A stretch of DNA of 62,944 nucleotides, counting the filler. It is 7 parts of 7 records of this genome, joined end to end, with 100 filler letters (N's around TTAATTAATTAA, not from the genome) between each part and the next. Parts side by side here need not be neighbours in the genome. Positions count along the whole stretch, not along the records: positions 8,941 to 17,836 come from SRR31156797_12426; positions 17,937 to 29,675 come from SRR31156797_12429; 5 more parts are not named here. One strand, written 5' to 3'. Shown piece after piece: positions 8,941 to 19,130 of the stretch. How positions within the stretch are numbered: the stretch's first letter is position 1; each line of letters starts with the position of its first letter. Under the pieces are notes generated by a model. That model did not search any database and was not told the DNA's origin. It saw only the letters and a program-made list of their open reading frames with translations. The position numbers and the translations under genes were made by a program.

Positions 8941-9186
8941 ACCATGAGTTCCTATGACATGGGCACCATATTAGGACTGAAAGGCTTTTGCGCCGCCATG
9001 ATAGGAGGTCTCGGCAGTCTGTGGGGAGCCTTTGCAGGCGGCATCCTTTTGGGGGTTTTGGAATCTTTGGGTGCAGGCCTGATTTCCTCGGGACTCAAGG
9101 ATGCAATTGCCTTTATCCTCCTCCTCCTGATTCTCTATGTGCGCCCTGGCGGACTGTTTTCGGCTAAAGAGGCAAAACGGTTCTGA
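8941..9186 (+). CDS. livH: Branched-chain amino acid ABC permease, LivH-like (5' truncated)
   Basis: KGFCAAMIGGLGS...RPGGLF C-terminus. Confidence 0.85.
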   Translation, partial: TMSSYDMGTILGLKGFCAAMIGGLGSLWGAFAGGILLGVLESLGAGLISSGLKDAIAFILLLLILYVRPGGLFSAKEAKRF

Positions 9187-9187
9187 T

Positions 9188-10144
9188 ATGGATGACAACA
9201 AAATTAAAAACAGAATAGAACATGCTGTTTTCATCTCCATAATACTGATTTTAGGTCTTTTTACTCAAAACACCTATTATCTCCAGATAATGACATTTAT
9301 CGGCATCAACACCCTGCTGGCCTTAGGGCTCAACATGCTTATTGGATATGCTGGTCAAATCTCTTTAGGGCATGCTGCATTCTATGGTATCGGGGCCTAT
9401 ACAACCGCCATTCTTTCAGGGACCTTCGGGATATCGCCCTGGTTGTCCCTGCTCTGCGCCATCGGTGGAGCTGTATTCATTGCGTTTGTGGTGGGGCTGC
9501 CCACCCTGCGCCTATCAGGATACTACCTGGGCATGGGAACCCTGGGATTCGGTATGATCGTCAATATTTTGTTCAGAGAGTGGAGCAGTGTCACGGGCGG
9601 CTCCTCGGGTTTTGTCGGTATTCCTGTTCTGGAGGCAGGAAAGGTTACATTTATGTCCGGGCAAAATTATTTTTTCCTGGTGTGGGGAGTGGTACTGGGA
9701 GCCATTCTTATGTGCCGCAGGATCCTTGCCTCACGCATGGGCAGGGCGTTGCGTTCCATCCACGACGGAGAAAAAGCCTCACTGGCAGTGGGAGTCAACA
9801 CCCACTTTCTCAAACTACAAATTTTCATGTTTTCAGCCGCATTGGGAGCCGTTGCTGGATTTCTCTACGCCCATTTCGTCCTCTTCATCAGCCCTGAATC
9901 ATTTGGTTTCATGGTGTCTGTAAAAATGGTGACCATGGTGGTTATAGGCGGCATGGCAAGTGTGTGGGGGGCTCTGCTGGGTGCCTCTCTTCTCACCTTG
10001 CTGCCAGAGGTCCTCCACGGATTTGCCGAGTACGAAATGATTGTATTCGGTCTGATCCTCATGGTGGTGATGATTTTTATGCCCCAGGGGCTTACCCGGG
10101 GATTTCTGGATATGTATGAAAAGGCAAGGAAAAGAAGGAAATGA
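9188..10144 (+). CDS. livM: Branched-chain amino acid ABC permease, LivM-like
   Basis: GYAGQISLGHAAF, LRLSGYYL, TGG..G and MPQGL motifs; start at ATG 9188. Confidence 0.9.
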   Translation: MDDNKIKNRIEHAVFISIILILGLFTQNTYYLQIMTFIGINTLLALGLNMLIGYAGQISLGHAAFYGIGAYTTAILSGTFGISPWLSLLCAIGGAVFIAFVVGLPTLRLSGYYLGMGTLGFGMIVNILFREWSSVTGGSSGFVGIPVLEAGKVTFMSGQNYFFLVWGVVLGAILMCRRILASRMGRALRSIHDGEKASLAVGVNTHFLKLQIFMFSAALGAVAGFLYAHFVLFISPESFGFMVSVKMVTMVVIGGMASVWGALLGASLLTLLPEVLHGFAEYEMIVFGLILMVVMIFMPQGLTRGFLDMYEKARKRRK

Positions 10145-10929
10145 TATCCCCTGAACCCGGACAACACAACAAGCCGATACTTGCGGTAAACTCCCTGACA
10201 AAAATGTTCGGGGGGGTCAAGGCCCAGGACAATATCTCCTTTTCCATTAAATCCGGTATTGTCTGCGGCCTTATTGGACCCAACGGGGCGGGAAAGACCA
10301 CCCTTTTCAACCTGATAACAGGTATCTATTCCCCAGACCAGGGCCAGGTGCTGTTCAATGGCAAAGACACCCGGAAGATGACAGTAGATCAACGGGTCAG
10401 GGCTGGCATTGCCCGGACCTTCCAGCATGTAGAACTGTTTGGATCCATGACCCTCCTTGAGAATGTGCTAGTTGGCATGCATGTGCGAACCAGGTCTGGA
10501 TTTTGGGGTGCCGTAACCCGCTTACCCTGGGTCATCCGAGAGGAAAAAGAAGCGGCTGAAAAGGCCGAAGCCCTTCTTGAATTTACCGGCCTTATGGACT
10601 ATGCCCATCACCCAGCAAAAGACCTGCCCGTGGGAAGGCAGAAGACCGCTGAAATTGCCAGGGCTCTGGCATCAGACCCTTTACTTCTGCTTCTTGATGA
10701 ACCGGCTGCAGGTTTAAATGCAGTGGAGACCGAGGCTCTTGGTAAACTCATTGAACAGGTCAAGGAAAGAGGCGTGACCATGATGCTGGTAGAGCATGAC
10801 ATGAGCCTTGCCATGGGTATTTGTGACAAAATGATTGTTCTTGATCAGGGCAGTAAGCTGGCCGAAGGCACTCCCAGGGAAATCCAAAACAATGAAGCGG
10901 TCATGGCGGCTTACCTGGGACAGGGATAA
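10141..10929 (+). CDS. livG: ABC ATP-binding protein, LivG-like
   Basis: GPNGAGKT, ARTFQ, LDEPAAGL, VEHDM, AYLG. Confidence 0.9.
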   Translation: MISPEPGQHNKPILAVNSLTKMFGGVKAQDNISFSIKSGIVCGLIGPNGAGKTTLFNLITGIYSPDQGQVLFNGKDTRKMTVDQRVRAGIARTFQHVELFGSMTLLENVLVGMHVRTRSGFWGAVTRLPWVIREEKEAAEKAEALLEFTGLMDYAHHPAKDLPVGRQKTAEIARALASDPLLLLLDEPAAGLNAVETEALGKLIEQVKERGVTMMLVEHDMSLAMGICDKMIVLDQGSKLAEGTPREIQNNEAVMAAYLGQG

Positions 10930-10932
10930 CTA

Positions 10933-11679
10933 ATGCTGAGAATACAGAACTTAAAATGCAGCTACGGCAGTATTACTGCGGTTCATGGAGTCAGCCTTTC
11001 CGTCAAGGAAGGTGAACTGATTTCCATTATCGGTGCCAATGGTGCAGGGAAAAGCTCCTTGCTGCTAGCCATTTCCGGCCTGCTGAAAAACTGGTCAGGG
11101 GAGATCCTTTTCCAGGAAGCGCCCTTAAAAGGCATGTCCCCCCCCGCGATTGTCCGCTCCGGCATCAGCATGGTGCCCGAAGGCAGGCAAATTTTTGCCC
11201 CTCTCAGTGTTATGGATAACCTGAAGATGGGGGCTTACACAATGTATCGGAAGGGTATGAAACCTGAGGTAGAAAAAGACCTGGATATGATCCTGGACAT
11301 GTTTCCCATCCTGCATGAAAGGGTGGATCAACTCGCGGGAACTTTGTCGGGTGGGGAACAACAAATGCTGGCCATCGGCAGGGCCCTCATGGCCAGACCG
11401 AGACTGTTGATCCTTGATGAACCTTCCATGGGGCTGGCACCCAAGATAGTGGATCAGATTTTCAATACCGTAGTAGGTTTGAGAGAGCAAGGGGTAACCA
11501 TCCTGCTGGTGGAACAGAATGCCCGGGCCGCGCTAAAAATTGCCGACCGGGGGTATGTGTTGGAGACCGGCAAAATGGTTCTCCAGGGAAGTTCTGAAGA
11601 ACTCCTGGTGGACGACGATGTCAAACGGGCCTACCTTGGGCAGGATTATGGTGATTTTTATGATGGGAGGAACCAGTAA
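10933..11679 (+). CDS. livF: ABC ATP-binding protein, LivF-like
   Basis: GANGAGKS, VPEGRQIF, LSGGEQQM, LDEPSMGLAP, VEQN. Confidence 0.92.
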   Translation: MLRIQNLKCSYGSITAVHGVSLSVKEGELISIIGANGAGKSSLLLAISGLLKNWSGEILFQEAPLKGMSPPAIVRSGISMVPEGRQIFAPLSVMDNLKMGAYTMYRKGMKPEVEKDLDMILDMFPILHERVDQLAGTLSGGEQQMLAIGRALMARPRLLILDEPSMGLAPKIVDQIFNTVVGLREQGVTILLVEQNARAALKIADRGYVLETGKMVLQGSSEELLVDDDVKRAYLGQDYGDFYDGRNQ

Positions 11680-12926
11680 TGGTGGAAATGCAAATGTCTG
11701 AATTCAGCATGGAAGAAAAAGAACAGCTCAAACTGGAAAGACTGCAGAGCACATTAAATCGCGCATATAAGAATGTACCCTTCCACCGCAATCGCTTCCT
11801 GGAACAACAGCTCTCTCCCCAAGACATAATTTCCCTCAAGGATATTGAAAAACTGCCGTTTATGGACCGAGCCCACCTGGCCACCCACTACCCTTACGGC
11901 CTTTTTGCCGTTCCTTTAAGGGATATTGTTCGTATCCACACCGCACCAGGAACAGGTGACCGGCCCTCCATCAGCGGATACACCAAGGCAGACCTGTTAA
12001 TTTGGAAAAAGCTTGTTGCCAGAAGTCTTGAAGCTGCCGGAGTTACCGAAATGGATATTGTCCAGATCCACCTGCCGCCGGGGCTTGCCAACTGGGGCCG
12101 GGATTATAAAAACGGCGGGGAAACCGTCGGCGCCAGCGTCATCCCCAACTCCCCCCTCTCCCTGTCCAAAACACTCATGGTACTGAGGGACTACAAAACC
12201 AGCACCCTGGTGACCACCTTAGCCTTTGCTGAACAGCTCATGGACCATATGTTTGCCCAGGAGCATAATCCCAACGAGCTGAATCTGAAACGGGTCATCC
12301 TGGTGGGTGAGCCTGTGGAAAGAGATCTCGCGAAAAATATTGAAGACCACCTTCATGTTGATGTTTGGCTCAATTACGGTCTCAGCGAAATTCCCGGACC
12401 CGCCATTGCCCATGAATGCGAAAGTCACTGTGGACTCCACATCAATGATGACCATATTCTTCCGGAGATCATCGATCCGGTCACAGGTCGTCCGGTAAGT
12501 CCTGGAGAAAAAGGGGAACTGGTACTTACCACTCTCTCCGCCCGGGCCTTTCCCCTTATTCGTTTTCGTACCGGTGATATGGCTCAATTTGTAACTGAGA
12601 CCTGTTCCTGTTGCTCACATTTTACAAAAATGATCTGGCACAGAGAAAGGGCTGACAATTACATTATCATCTCCGGCATCAAGGTCTCTTTGGATCAAGT
12701 AAAAATCGACCTCAAAGGCGCCCTGAGTATACCTTCCCCAAATTGCGAAATGAAAAAAATCCGCCAGGGCGGCATAGAGATCCTTAAGATATCTCTTGTG
12801 GTAGACAACCAACTTTTTTCCGATGAAATAAAAGACCTGGAAAGACTCATGTACCGCACCGAAGAGATATTAAGCGAGCGTGTCGGGGTTCCCATAAAAA
12901 TCCGACTTATGCAAAGTCAACCATAG
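11679..12926 (+). CDS. Phenylacetate-CoA ligase (PaaK)-like protein with a degenerate P-loop
   Basis: YPYGLFAVP, YGLSE and PLIRFRTGD are retained; the P-loop reads IHTAPGTGDRP instead of IHxSSGTTGKP. Confidence 0.8.
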   Translation: MVEMQMSEFSMEEKEQLKLERLQSTLNRAYKNVPFHRNRFLEQQLSPQDIISLKDIEKLPFMDRAHLATHYPYGLFAVPLRDIVRIHTAPGTGDRPSISGYTKADLLIWKKLVARSLEAAGVTEMDIVQIHLPPGLANWGRDYKNGGETVGASVIPNSPLSLSKTLMVLRDYKTSTLVTTLAFAEQLMDHMFAQEHNPNELNLKRVILVGEPVERDLAKNIEDHLHVDVWLNYGLSEIPGPAIAHECESHCGLHINDDHILPEIIDPVTGRPVSPGEKGELVLTTLSARAFPLIRFRTGDMAQFVTETCSCCSHFTKMIWHRERADNYIIISGIKVSLDQVKIDLKGALSIPSPNCEMKKIRQGGIEILKISLVVDNQLFSDEIKDLERLMYRTEEILSERVGVPIKIRLMQSQP

Positions 12927-13177
12927 AAAGACCAGGGAAATCGAACCAAGCTGTATTGTTGGATAAATGGGTATATCGAGTTATATTTCTCCTACCCACC
13001 CAACAGGCCGTCCTCTTTTTCCCCAGCTCTCCTTACAGGATTCTTTTTTAGGGTTGAAGGCACCTTGAATCTGCCCCCAGAGATGGTATAGTCTTCTGCA
13101 ACATACAATACCGCTGTCCCGACTAGTTACCCCTTGTTCTCTTGTGGTAACCCAACCTTTTGCAGATACATCTTTCT

Positions 13178-14452
13178 ATGTCATTTTCTTCGCTCGGACT
13201 CTCAAAATCCATCCTCCGTGCTCTCGATGAAAAAGGGTATACAACCCCCTTTCCAATTCAGATCAAGGCGATCCCTGTCATTCTTTCCGGTAAAGATGTG
13301 ATAGCTGCTGCCCAGACAGGCACAGGAAAAACTGCTGGTTTTACCCTGCCATTGCTTCACCGACTAACCCCAGGCCCGCGAGTTAAATCCAACCACATTC
13401 GTGCTCTTGTGCTTGCCCCAACACGGGAACTTGCAGCTCAGGTTGGCGAGAATATAGCAATATATGGCAAGCATCTGCACCTTAAGTCTGCAGTAGTGTA
13501 TGGTGGAGTAAAAATCAACCCCCAGATGATGAAATTGCGAGGAGGGGTTGATATATTGGTTGCAACACCCGGCCGATTACTAGATCTCTTCCGGCAGAAT
13601 GCTGTCAAGTTTGGACAAATCGAAATGCTGGTCCTGGATGAAGCTGACCGGATGCTCGACATGGGCTTTATCGAAGACATCAAAAAAGTCATGAGTCTAT
13701 TGCCGAGAAAACGTCAAAACCTTCTTTTTTCTGCAACCTTTTCAAGTGACATCCGCACTCTCACCAAAAAAATATTTCATAATCCTGTGCTCATTGAGGT
13801 CAATCCTAGAAATTCTGCTGCTAAAAGTGTCAAGCAATGGGCAATTGAGGTGGATAAAAGTAGGAAACCGGCTTTACTGAGCCACCTGCTGCGAAATAAC
13901 AACTGGGAACAGGTGCTGGTCTTCGCCCGCACCAGGAAAGGAGCAAATCGCCTGGTTCAGCAACTGGCAGGTGCCGGTATTTCAAGTGATGCAATCCACG
14001 GTGATAAAAGCCAGGGAGCGCGTAATCGGGCCCTTGCAGATTTTAAAGCGAACACGATTCGTGTACTGGTAGCCACCGGCATCGCCTCTCGGGGCCTCGA
14101 TATAAATGAACTTGCCGCAGTTATCAATTTCGATTTACCTCAAGTCGCTGAGGACTATATACATAGTATTGGCCGTACGGGTCGAGCAGGTTCAAAGGGC
14201 GTGGCAATATCTTTGGTGAGCGCTGACGAAGTTAAACTTCTCTCCGCCATTGAGACTCTTCTCGGTCAAACGCTGGTACGCGAAGTTGAGAACGGTTATA
14301 TTCCAAAACATAGTGTCCCGTTAACCCGTCTGGTAAAAGCAAAGCCAAAGAAGCCCAAAAAACATAAACAGCCACAGCAGAAGACCCCAAATAACGCAGT
14401 GTCAACAAAGGCAGGGGCAGCACATAAAAATAAAAAAAGGTATAAAAGATGA
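13178..14452 (+). CDS. rhlE: DEAD-box RNA helicase, RhlE-like
   Basis: [41 protein letters not shown] and a basic C-terminal tail; start at ATG 13178. Confidence 0.9.
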   Translation: MSFSSLGLSKSILRALDEKGYTTPFPIQIKAIPVILSGKDVIAAAQTGTGKTAGFTLPLLHRLTPGPRVKSNHIRALVLAPTRELAAQVGENIAIYGKHLHLKSAVVYGGVKINPQMMKLRGGVDILVATPGRLLDLFRQNAVKFGQIEMLVLDEADRMLDMGFIEDIKKVMSLLPRKRQNLLFSATFSSDIRTLTKKIFHNPVLIEVNPRNSAAKSVKQWAIEVDKSRKPALLSHLLRNNNWEQVLVFARTRKGANRLVQQLAGAGISSDAIHGDKSQGARNRALADFKANTIRVLVATGIASRGLDINELAAVINFDLPQVAEDYIHSIGRTGRAGSKGVAISLVSADEVKLLSAIETLLGQTLVREVENGYIPKHSVPLTRLVKAKPKKPKKHKQPQQKTPNNAVSTKAGAAHKNKKRYKR

Positions 14453-14649
14453 CTGACGGAACCAAACGAGCCGATATTCAAGCCGGTGCAAAAGTTTCCA
14501 TTGTTTTGAAGCAAGACCAGCGATCCGGAAAGCTCACCCAAGGCACAGTTAAAAATATTCTCACAAAATCTCCCACCCACCCCCACGGTATAAAAGTCCG
14601 GCTGGAAAGCGGGCTTGTCGGGAGAGTTAAGGTAATTCAGGCCCAATAA
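14449..14649 (+). CDS. YwbE/DUF2196 family protein
   Basis: [36 protein letters not shown]. Confidence 0.9.
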   Translation: MTDGTKRADIQAGAKVSIVLKQDQRSGKLTQGTVKNILTKSPTHPHGIKVRLESGLVGRVKVIQAQ

Positions 14650-14712
14650 GGAGCACCTTTTTACTTTTTCGCCCTCTTTGACCAACATCAAAAAACAGGA
14701 CAAAACCTGACC

Positions 14713-15357
14713 ATGACTATTTTTGCTAACCTGATCCAACAAAGTGCCGCGATAGCTCCTCCTCAACCGCAGGTATTAGGTATCGGCGGCAGCCCCAGAA
14801 AAGGGGGCAACTCCGATGTTATCCTCCAGCAAATACTTGCCGGTGCAACCAACCAGCAACTCCCAATAGAAAGTCTTCATTTGCGTGATCTACAGTACCA
14901 AGGCTGTATTGGCTGTGAGCGGTGCAGGAAAGATAAAATCTGTACTGGTCTGCGAGACGGCATGTCGTTTCTCTATCCAAGCATCATTGAGTCACAAGGC
15001 CTGGTCCTTGTCTGCCCTACCCACAATTATAATATTACCGCCTGGATGAAAGCCTTTATTGACCGGCTCTACTGTTTTTACAATTTTACAAATGACCGTC
15101 CCAGAAACTGGTCAAGTCGTTTGGCAGGTCAGGGACGCAAGGCAGTAATTGCAGCCATTTGTGAGCAGGAGAACAAAGAAGACATGGGATTTACCATGGA
15201 TGCCATGCGTCTTCCTCTTCAAGCAATGGGATATGAAATCGTGGGAGAGCTACCGGTATTCAGAGTCTTTGATAAAAAGAAGGTTAAAGAAAACGAAGAA
15301 GTCATGCTCCAGGCTGAGAACCTGGGCTCTGAACTTGGCAAATCCATAAGGCAATAA
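14713..15357 (+). CDS. Iron-sulfur flavoprotein / flavodoxin family
   Basis: GSPRKGGNS, CIGCERC-x5-C cluster motif, MKAFIDR. Confidence 0.85.
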   Translation: MTIFANLIQQSAAIAPPQPQVLGIGGSPRKGGNSDVILQQILAGATNQQLPIESLHLRDLQYQGCIGCERCRKDKICTGLRDGMSFLYPSIIESQGLVLVCPTHNYNITAWMKAFIDRLYCFYNFTNDRPRNWSSRLAGQGRKAVIAAICEQENKEDMGFTMDAMRLPLQAMGYEIVGELPVFRVFDKKKVKENEEVMLQAENLGSELGKSIRQ

Positions 15358-15548
15358 TTGTTTTAGGGGAGGATCGTGTCACTGCTGCGATCCAGTAGTA
15401 ATACTTGCCAGTAGGCGAGGAATAGGGGTATCATCTTGTGCATCAAAAAACTAAATTTTTCTAATGCAGCCCCCTTGCATAGCGCTCGAATCAATGAAAC
15501 AGGGAACTGCTTAGTGTCTCGACATATCTTTTATCCATAAGGAACATC

Positions 15549-15887
15549 ATGAGTGAATTACCCAACTGTCCGAAGTGTAACTCGGAATACACCTACAACG
15601 ACGGCAGTCTTTATGTCTGTCCTGAATGCGGACACGAATGGTCCATGGACAGCACTATTGAAGAAGAAACGTCTTCGGTTATCAAAGATGCAAACGGTAA
15701 CCCCCTCCAGGATGGCGATACGGTAACGGTGATAAAAGACCTCAAGGTCAAAGGGTCATCAACCGTCGTTAAAGTCGGCACCAAGGTGAAAAACATCCGC
15801 CTTGTGGACGGCGATCACGATATTGACTGCAAGATCAGCGGAATCGGTGCAATGAAGCTGAAGTCTGCCTTTGTAAAGAAAATTTAA
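15549..15887 (+). CDS. yjdM: PhnA/YjdM zinc-ribbon protein
   Basis: CPKC...CPEC zinc ribbon, DANGN.L.DGD, VKNIRL. Confidence 0.9.
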   Translation: MSELPNCPKCNSEYTYNDGSLYVCPECGHEWSMDSTIEEETSSVIKDANGNPLQDGDTVTVIKDLKVKGSSTVVKVGTKVKNIRLVDGDHDIDCKISGIGAMKLKSAFVKKI

Positions 15888-15941
15888 ACAGGCTCCTCCA
15901 GAGCCCTGTGCCCCTTATATCAAATATGTATGAGGTCCTTT

Positions 15942-16481
15942 ATGCTTATCGATCTACTCAGAAAAAGAAGAAGCATTCGCCGTTTCCAAGACAAACCGGT
16001 CAGCCAGGAAGATATTGACCTGCTGCTTGAAGCTGCACTTCGTTCCCCTTCCTCCAAAGGGATAAATCCCTGGGAATTTATAGTGGTCCAGGATAAGGAA
16101 CTGATCCAGAAGCTTGCCGTTGCTAAGCCTCATGGTGCTACCTTTTTAAAAAATACCCCTCTAGCCATTGTTGTCTGTGCTGACAGCTCGAAAAGCGACG
16201 TGTGGGTCGAAGATGCCTCCATTGCTTCGCTCATTCTCCATCTTGCTGCTGCAGACATGAGCCTTGGTTCCTGCTGGGTCCAAGTCCGACTCCGCGAACA
16301 TAACGAGCAGCAGTCATCCCAGCAGTACGTGGGCAACGTGCTTAACTTACCGCAAAACATCCAGCCGATAGCCATTATCGGTATCGGTTACCCGGTAGAG
16401 GAAAAAGAGGGCCATGCTGCCGAGACCCTGCTCCATAACCAGGTGAGCTACGACCAATTTGATAACAGGCGGATACCTTGA
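15942..16481 (+). CDS. Nitroreductase family protein
   Basis: RRSIRRF, SPSS...PWEF, LGSCW; ATG 15942 follows GAGG. The stop codon lies inside the left TIR of the MITE. Confidence 0.9.
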   Translation: MLIDLLRKRRSIRRFQDKPVSQEDIDLLLEAALRSPSSKGINPWEFIVVQDKELIQKLAVAKPHGATFLKNTPLAIVVCADSSKSDVWVEDASIASLILHLAAADMSLGSCWVQVRLREHNEQQSSQQYVGNVLNLPQNIQPIAIIGIGYPVEEKEGHAAETLLHNQVSYDQFDNRRIP

Positions 16482-16625
16482 AAAATTAGCTTTTTCGATC
16501 AAGGTCAGGTAAGCGAAGACTCCGAGACGCACGATGCATTTCACCACAGGCATACGCTTGATATTCAGAGGATAAAATTCATCGTGCAACACCGAGATTG
16601 GAAGAAAAAACAATTTTTCAAGGTA
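16474..16625. mobile_element. MITE-like palindromic element
   Basis: Perfect 14-bp inverted ends TACCTTGAAAAATT (16474-16487) / AATTTTTCAAGGTA (16612-16625), i.e. a 12-bp TIR plus TA on each side. Internal IR GCACGATGCATTT (16529-16541) / AAATTCATCGTGC (16575-16587). Non-coding. Confidence 0.65.
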
Positions 16626-16663
16626 GCCAGGCTTGATCCGACCACTTTCAACAAAGAACCCCG

Positions 16664-17002
16664 ATGGAAACACTTACGGAGAAAAACAGTACCCGGCTCG
16701 CCCTGATAGAAAAACTGCGCAAAGAACTCCCTGAAATAATGGAGCTTGATACAGCCAAGTGGCAAGCAACCTACAAAGACGGTGCGCTGAGTAGAAAGAC
16801 GAAAAGACTTATGGCCCTTGCCATTGGGTTACGGGCCGGTTGTGATAACTGCATCATCGCCCAAACCATGCACGCAATTGATGCTGGTGCAACCAGGGCC
16901 GAAATCATGGAGACCATCAGTGTAAATATGGTAATGAGCGGGACCACCGGGGTTGGGGAAGGATTGAAAGTGATCCAGCTGCTTGACGAGTTAGGCCATT
17001 GA
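16664..17002 (+). CDS. Carboxymuconolactone decarboxylase / AhpD-like protein
   Basis: DGALSRKTKRLMAL...CDNC...GATRAEI.E. Confidence 0.85.
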   Translation: METLTEKNSTRLALIEKLRKELPEIMELDTAKWQATYKDGALSRKTKRLMALAIGLRAGCDNCIIAQTMHAIDAGATRAEIMETISVNMVMSGTTGVGEGLKVIQLLDELGH

Positions 17003-17080
17003 GACGATCGCTAATATATATAGTCGCTCATCGGCGGGAAGAGTTACCCTCCTTCCACTGTTCCACTGCAACTCGAAAAA

Positions 17081-17836
17081 ATGAGTAACGAACGTTTTTT
17101 CAAAAACCAAAAACTTCCCTTTGTGGAAGGGCGTCATACCCAGCACAGCTCCCGCCTGTTCAAGCCGCACATGCATCGTCGTTTTTCGGTTGGTGCGGTC
17201 AGCGAGGGTTCCCTCTGCTTCAAAATTGGCAGCGAGGAAGTACCCTTGAAACAGGGAGCACTGGCCGTAATTAATCCAGAAACACTCCATAGCTGTAATC
17301 CCCAGCCGATATCGGCCCGTAGCTACTACATGCTCTACCTTGATACAACATGGTGTCTGCAGGTACAGCAGACACTGTGGCAGACTGAAACCTTTGTACC
17401 GCTGCAAAGCCCCATATTGGAAAATCGGAAACTCTACGATCTCTATATACAAACCATGGAGCAACTCATGGATGATCGGTATGAGCTGCTGGAAAAAGAA
17501 CAATGTCTAGTAGAGCTGGCAGAAGTACTCTTTATAAACGGGTGCAACCCCCACAGACTGGCAAAACAAAAGCAGCAAAGCAAGGTAAATGACTTGAAAC
17601 AACTCCTGGAAAGTGACTTGGGGCAGGATTTCACCATGGCTGCTGCAGCTCAGCAATTGCACGTCAACCCTTACACAATGCTGCGCCAATTCAGTAAGAC
17701 CACAGGTATCACCCCTCATGCCTATCGCATGAACTGCCGAATCGAGGAAGCACGTATTATGCTGCAACGTGGAGAGGATATTACAGACACAGCCCTTGCC
17801 TGCGGATTTTACGACCAGAGCCACTTCCACCGCCAT
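17081..17836 (+). CDS. AraC family transcriptional regulator (3' truncated)
   Basis: Cupin-type N-terminus (HMH...H) and C-terminal HTH (GITPHAY...RIE.A...GFYDQSHFHR). Confidence 0.92.
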
Positions 17837-17936
17837 NNNNNNNNNNNNNNNNNNNNNNNNNNNNNNNNNNNNNNNNNNNNTTAATTAATTAANNNNNNNN
17901 NNNNNNNNNNNNNNNNNNNNNNNNNNNNNNNNNNNN
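17837..17936. other. Artificial contig spacer
   Basis: 44 N + TTAATTAATTAA + 44 N. Confidence 0.98.
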
Positions 17937-18386
17937 TTCACGCTGCAGCCGATCTGGTACTAATAGATTATTATCGAGAACTATGCTTAACTCATCGTCG
18001 GGGATCCGGTTGGTCAGCAATTTCGCATCAGCAAGAACGCCAGCCCGTAAAAGTGGGAATAGTGTTTCCGACCATTTACTGATGTTTGAACGCCCCCTTT
18101 TTCCTTTCTTTGCCAGTAACCAGTCAAGTGATAAGCTGAGATCGGCACGTTCAGGATCGACAGTGAACTTGACTTGCCGTACAAGGTATCGACCATCACT
18201 TTGTCTTTTCGCAATGATATCGTCCAAAGCACTAAACTGAATATTGTCGCTCGGTCCATCGCTGTCGAGTGTCACCCATTCGTAGAGTGTTGGATCACGA
18301 TAAAATTCAATTAATAGCTTAACTCCATGAAGGTCCTGATAATCGAAACCCACCCGTGTAATAGCTGCTTTTTTAAACATGATCAT
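17937..18386 (-). CDS. N-terminal PD-(D/E)xK (Cap4/Mrr-like) nuclease domain of a probable defence protein (3' truncated)
   Basis: GFDYQD...LDDII...QVKF arrangement followed by LLTNR; the ORF runs into the spacer. Confidence 0.65.
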
Positions 18387-18923
18387 TGGTTCAGCGAATC
18401 ATAAAAGGCTTTTCCTATGTGGACTGGCATAAGATTATATTCGGAAGAGCTATCCAAATATACACTTTCACTGGCTTTCATTGCCTAATCCCCCTTACAG
18501 AAGGCTTCCCCTTACGTATGAGTAGATTTTCTCAAAAAAACTCAACTGTTTCAAGAAAATCGTCCTTTTATCCTATCAGTTGCTTTCTTTTTTCTAACGG
18601 AATGGCCCGAACTATCCCGGATTTACTCAAGTTCGTAAAAAGAATTTCTGGTGTAACCGTCAGATATCATAGAAAATCGCAGGGGCGAAGATGGAATTAG
18701 TCTACCTTTGGCGGATTTGAATACGCCTTCGGCGCACAATTCCGTGATATGCTATTTACGATTTTTCTTAAGCCTATTATTGCGCGTGGTTGAAATTAGT
18801 TTAGTAATTGATTTTGATGGTAATTTTCTATTCTCAGGATAACTCTGCTTTCCATCTTCACCCCAATATTTACCGGGAAAACGTAGCCAAATAGTAGTGA
18901 AACGATTACATCATGCCATACGG

Positions 18924-19130
18924 CTATGATATTTTATTTTTAAATTCGTTAAGTTCATCAATAGTATTTAGAACACAAATAGTATCTGGTTGTGCATCAG
19001 TATATTTTTCTTGAATAGTTATTGCTTCACCTTTTTCGATAGCTGCTTTCATGTGTTCAAATAATTCGTCATATAAGTCGTCTTTACTCAATTTTTTAGC
19101 ATCGTAAAGGTCATCAATATAAAATATCAT
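18924..19130 (-). CDS. Small acidic hypothetical protein (68 aa)
   Basis: AT-rich ORF MIFYIDDLYD...; ATG 19130 is preceded by AAGGGG. Confidence 0.5.
   Translation of the reverse strand: MIFYIDDLYDAKKLSKDDLYDELFEHMKAAIEKGEAITIQEKYTDAQPDTICVLNTIDELNEFKNKIS

Noticed and set aside
18386-18700. 104-aa plus-strand ORF next to the nuclease gene
   Set aside because: TTG start, no RBS and no recognisable motif; it overlaps the likely promoter region of the nuclease gene.
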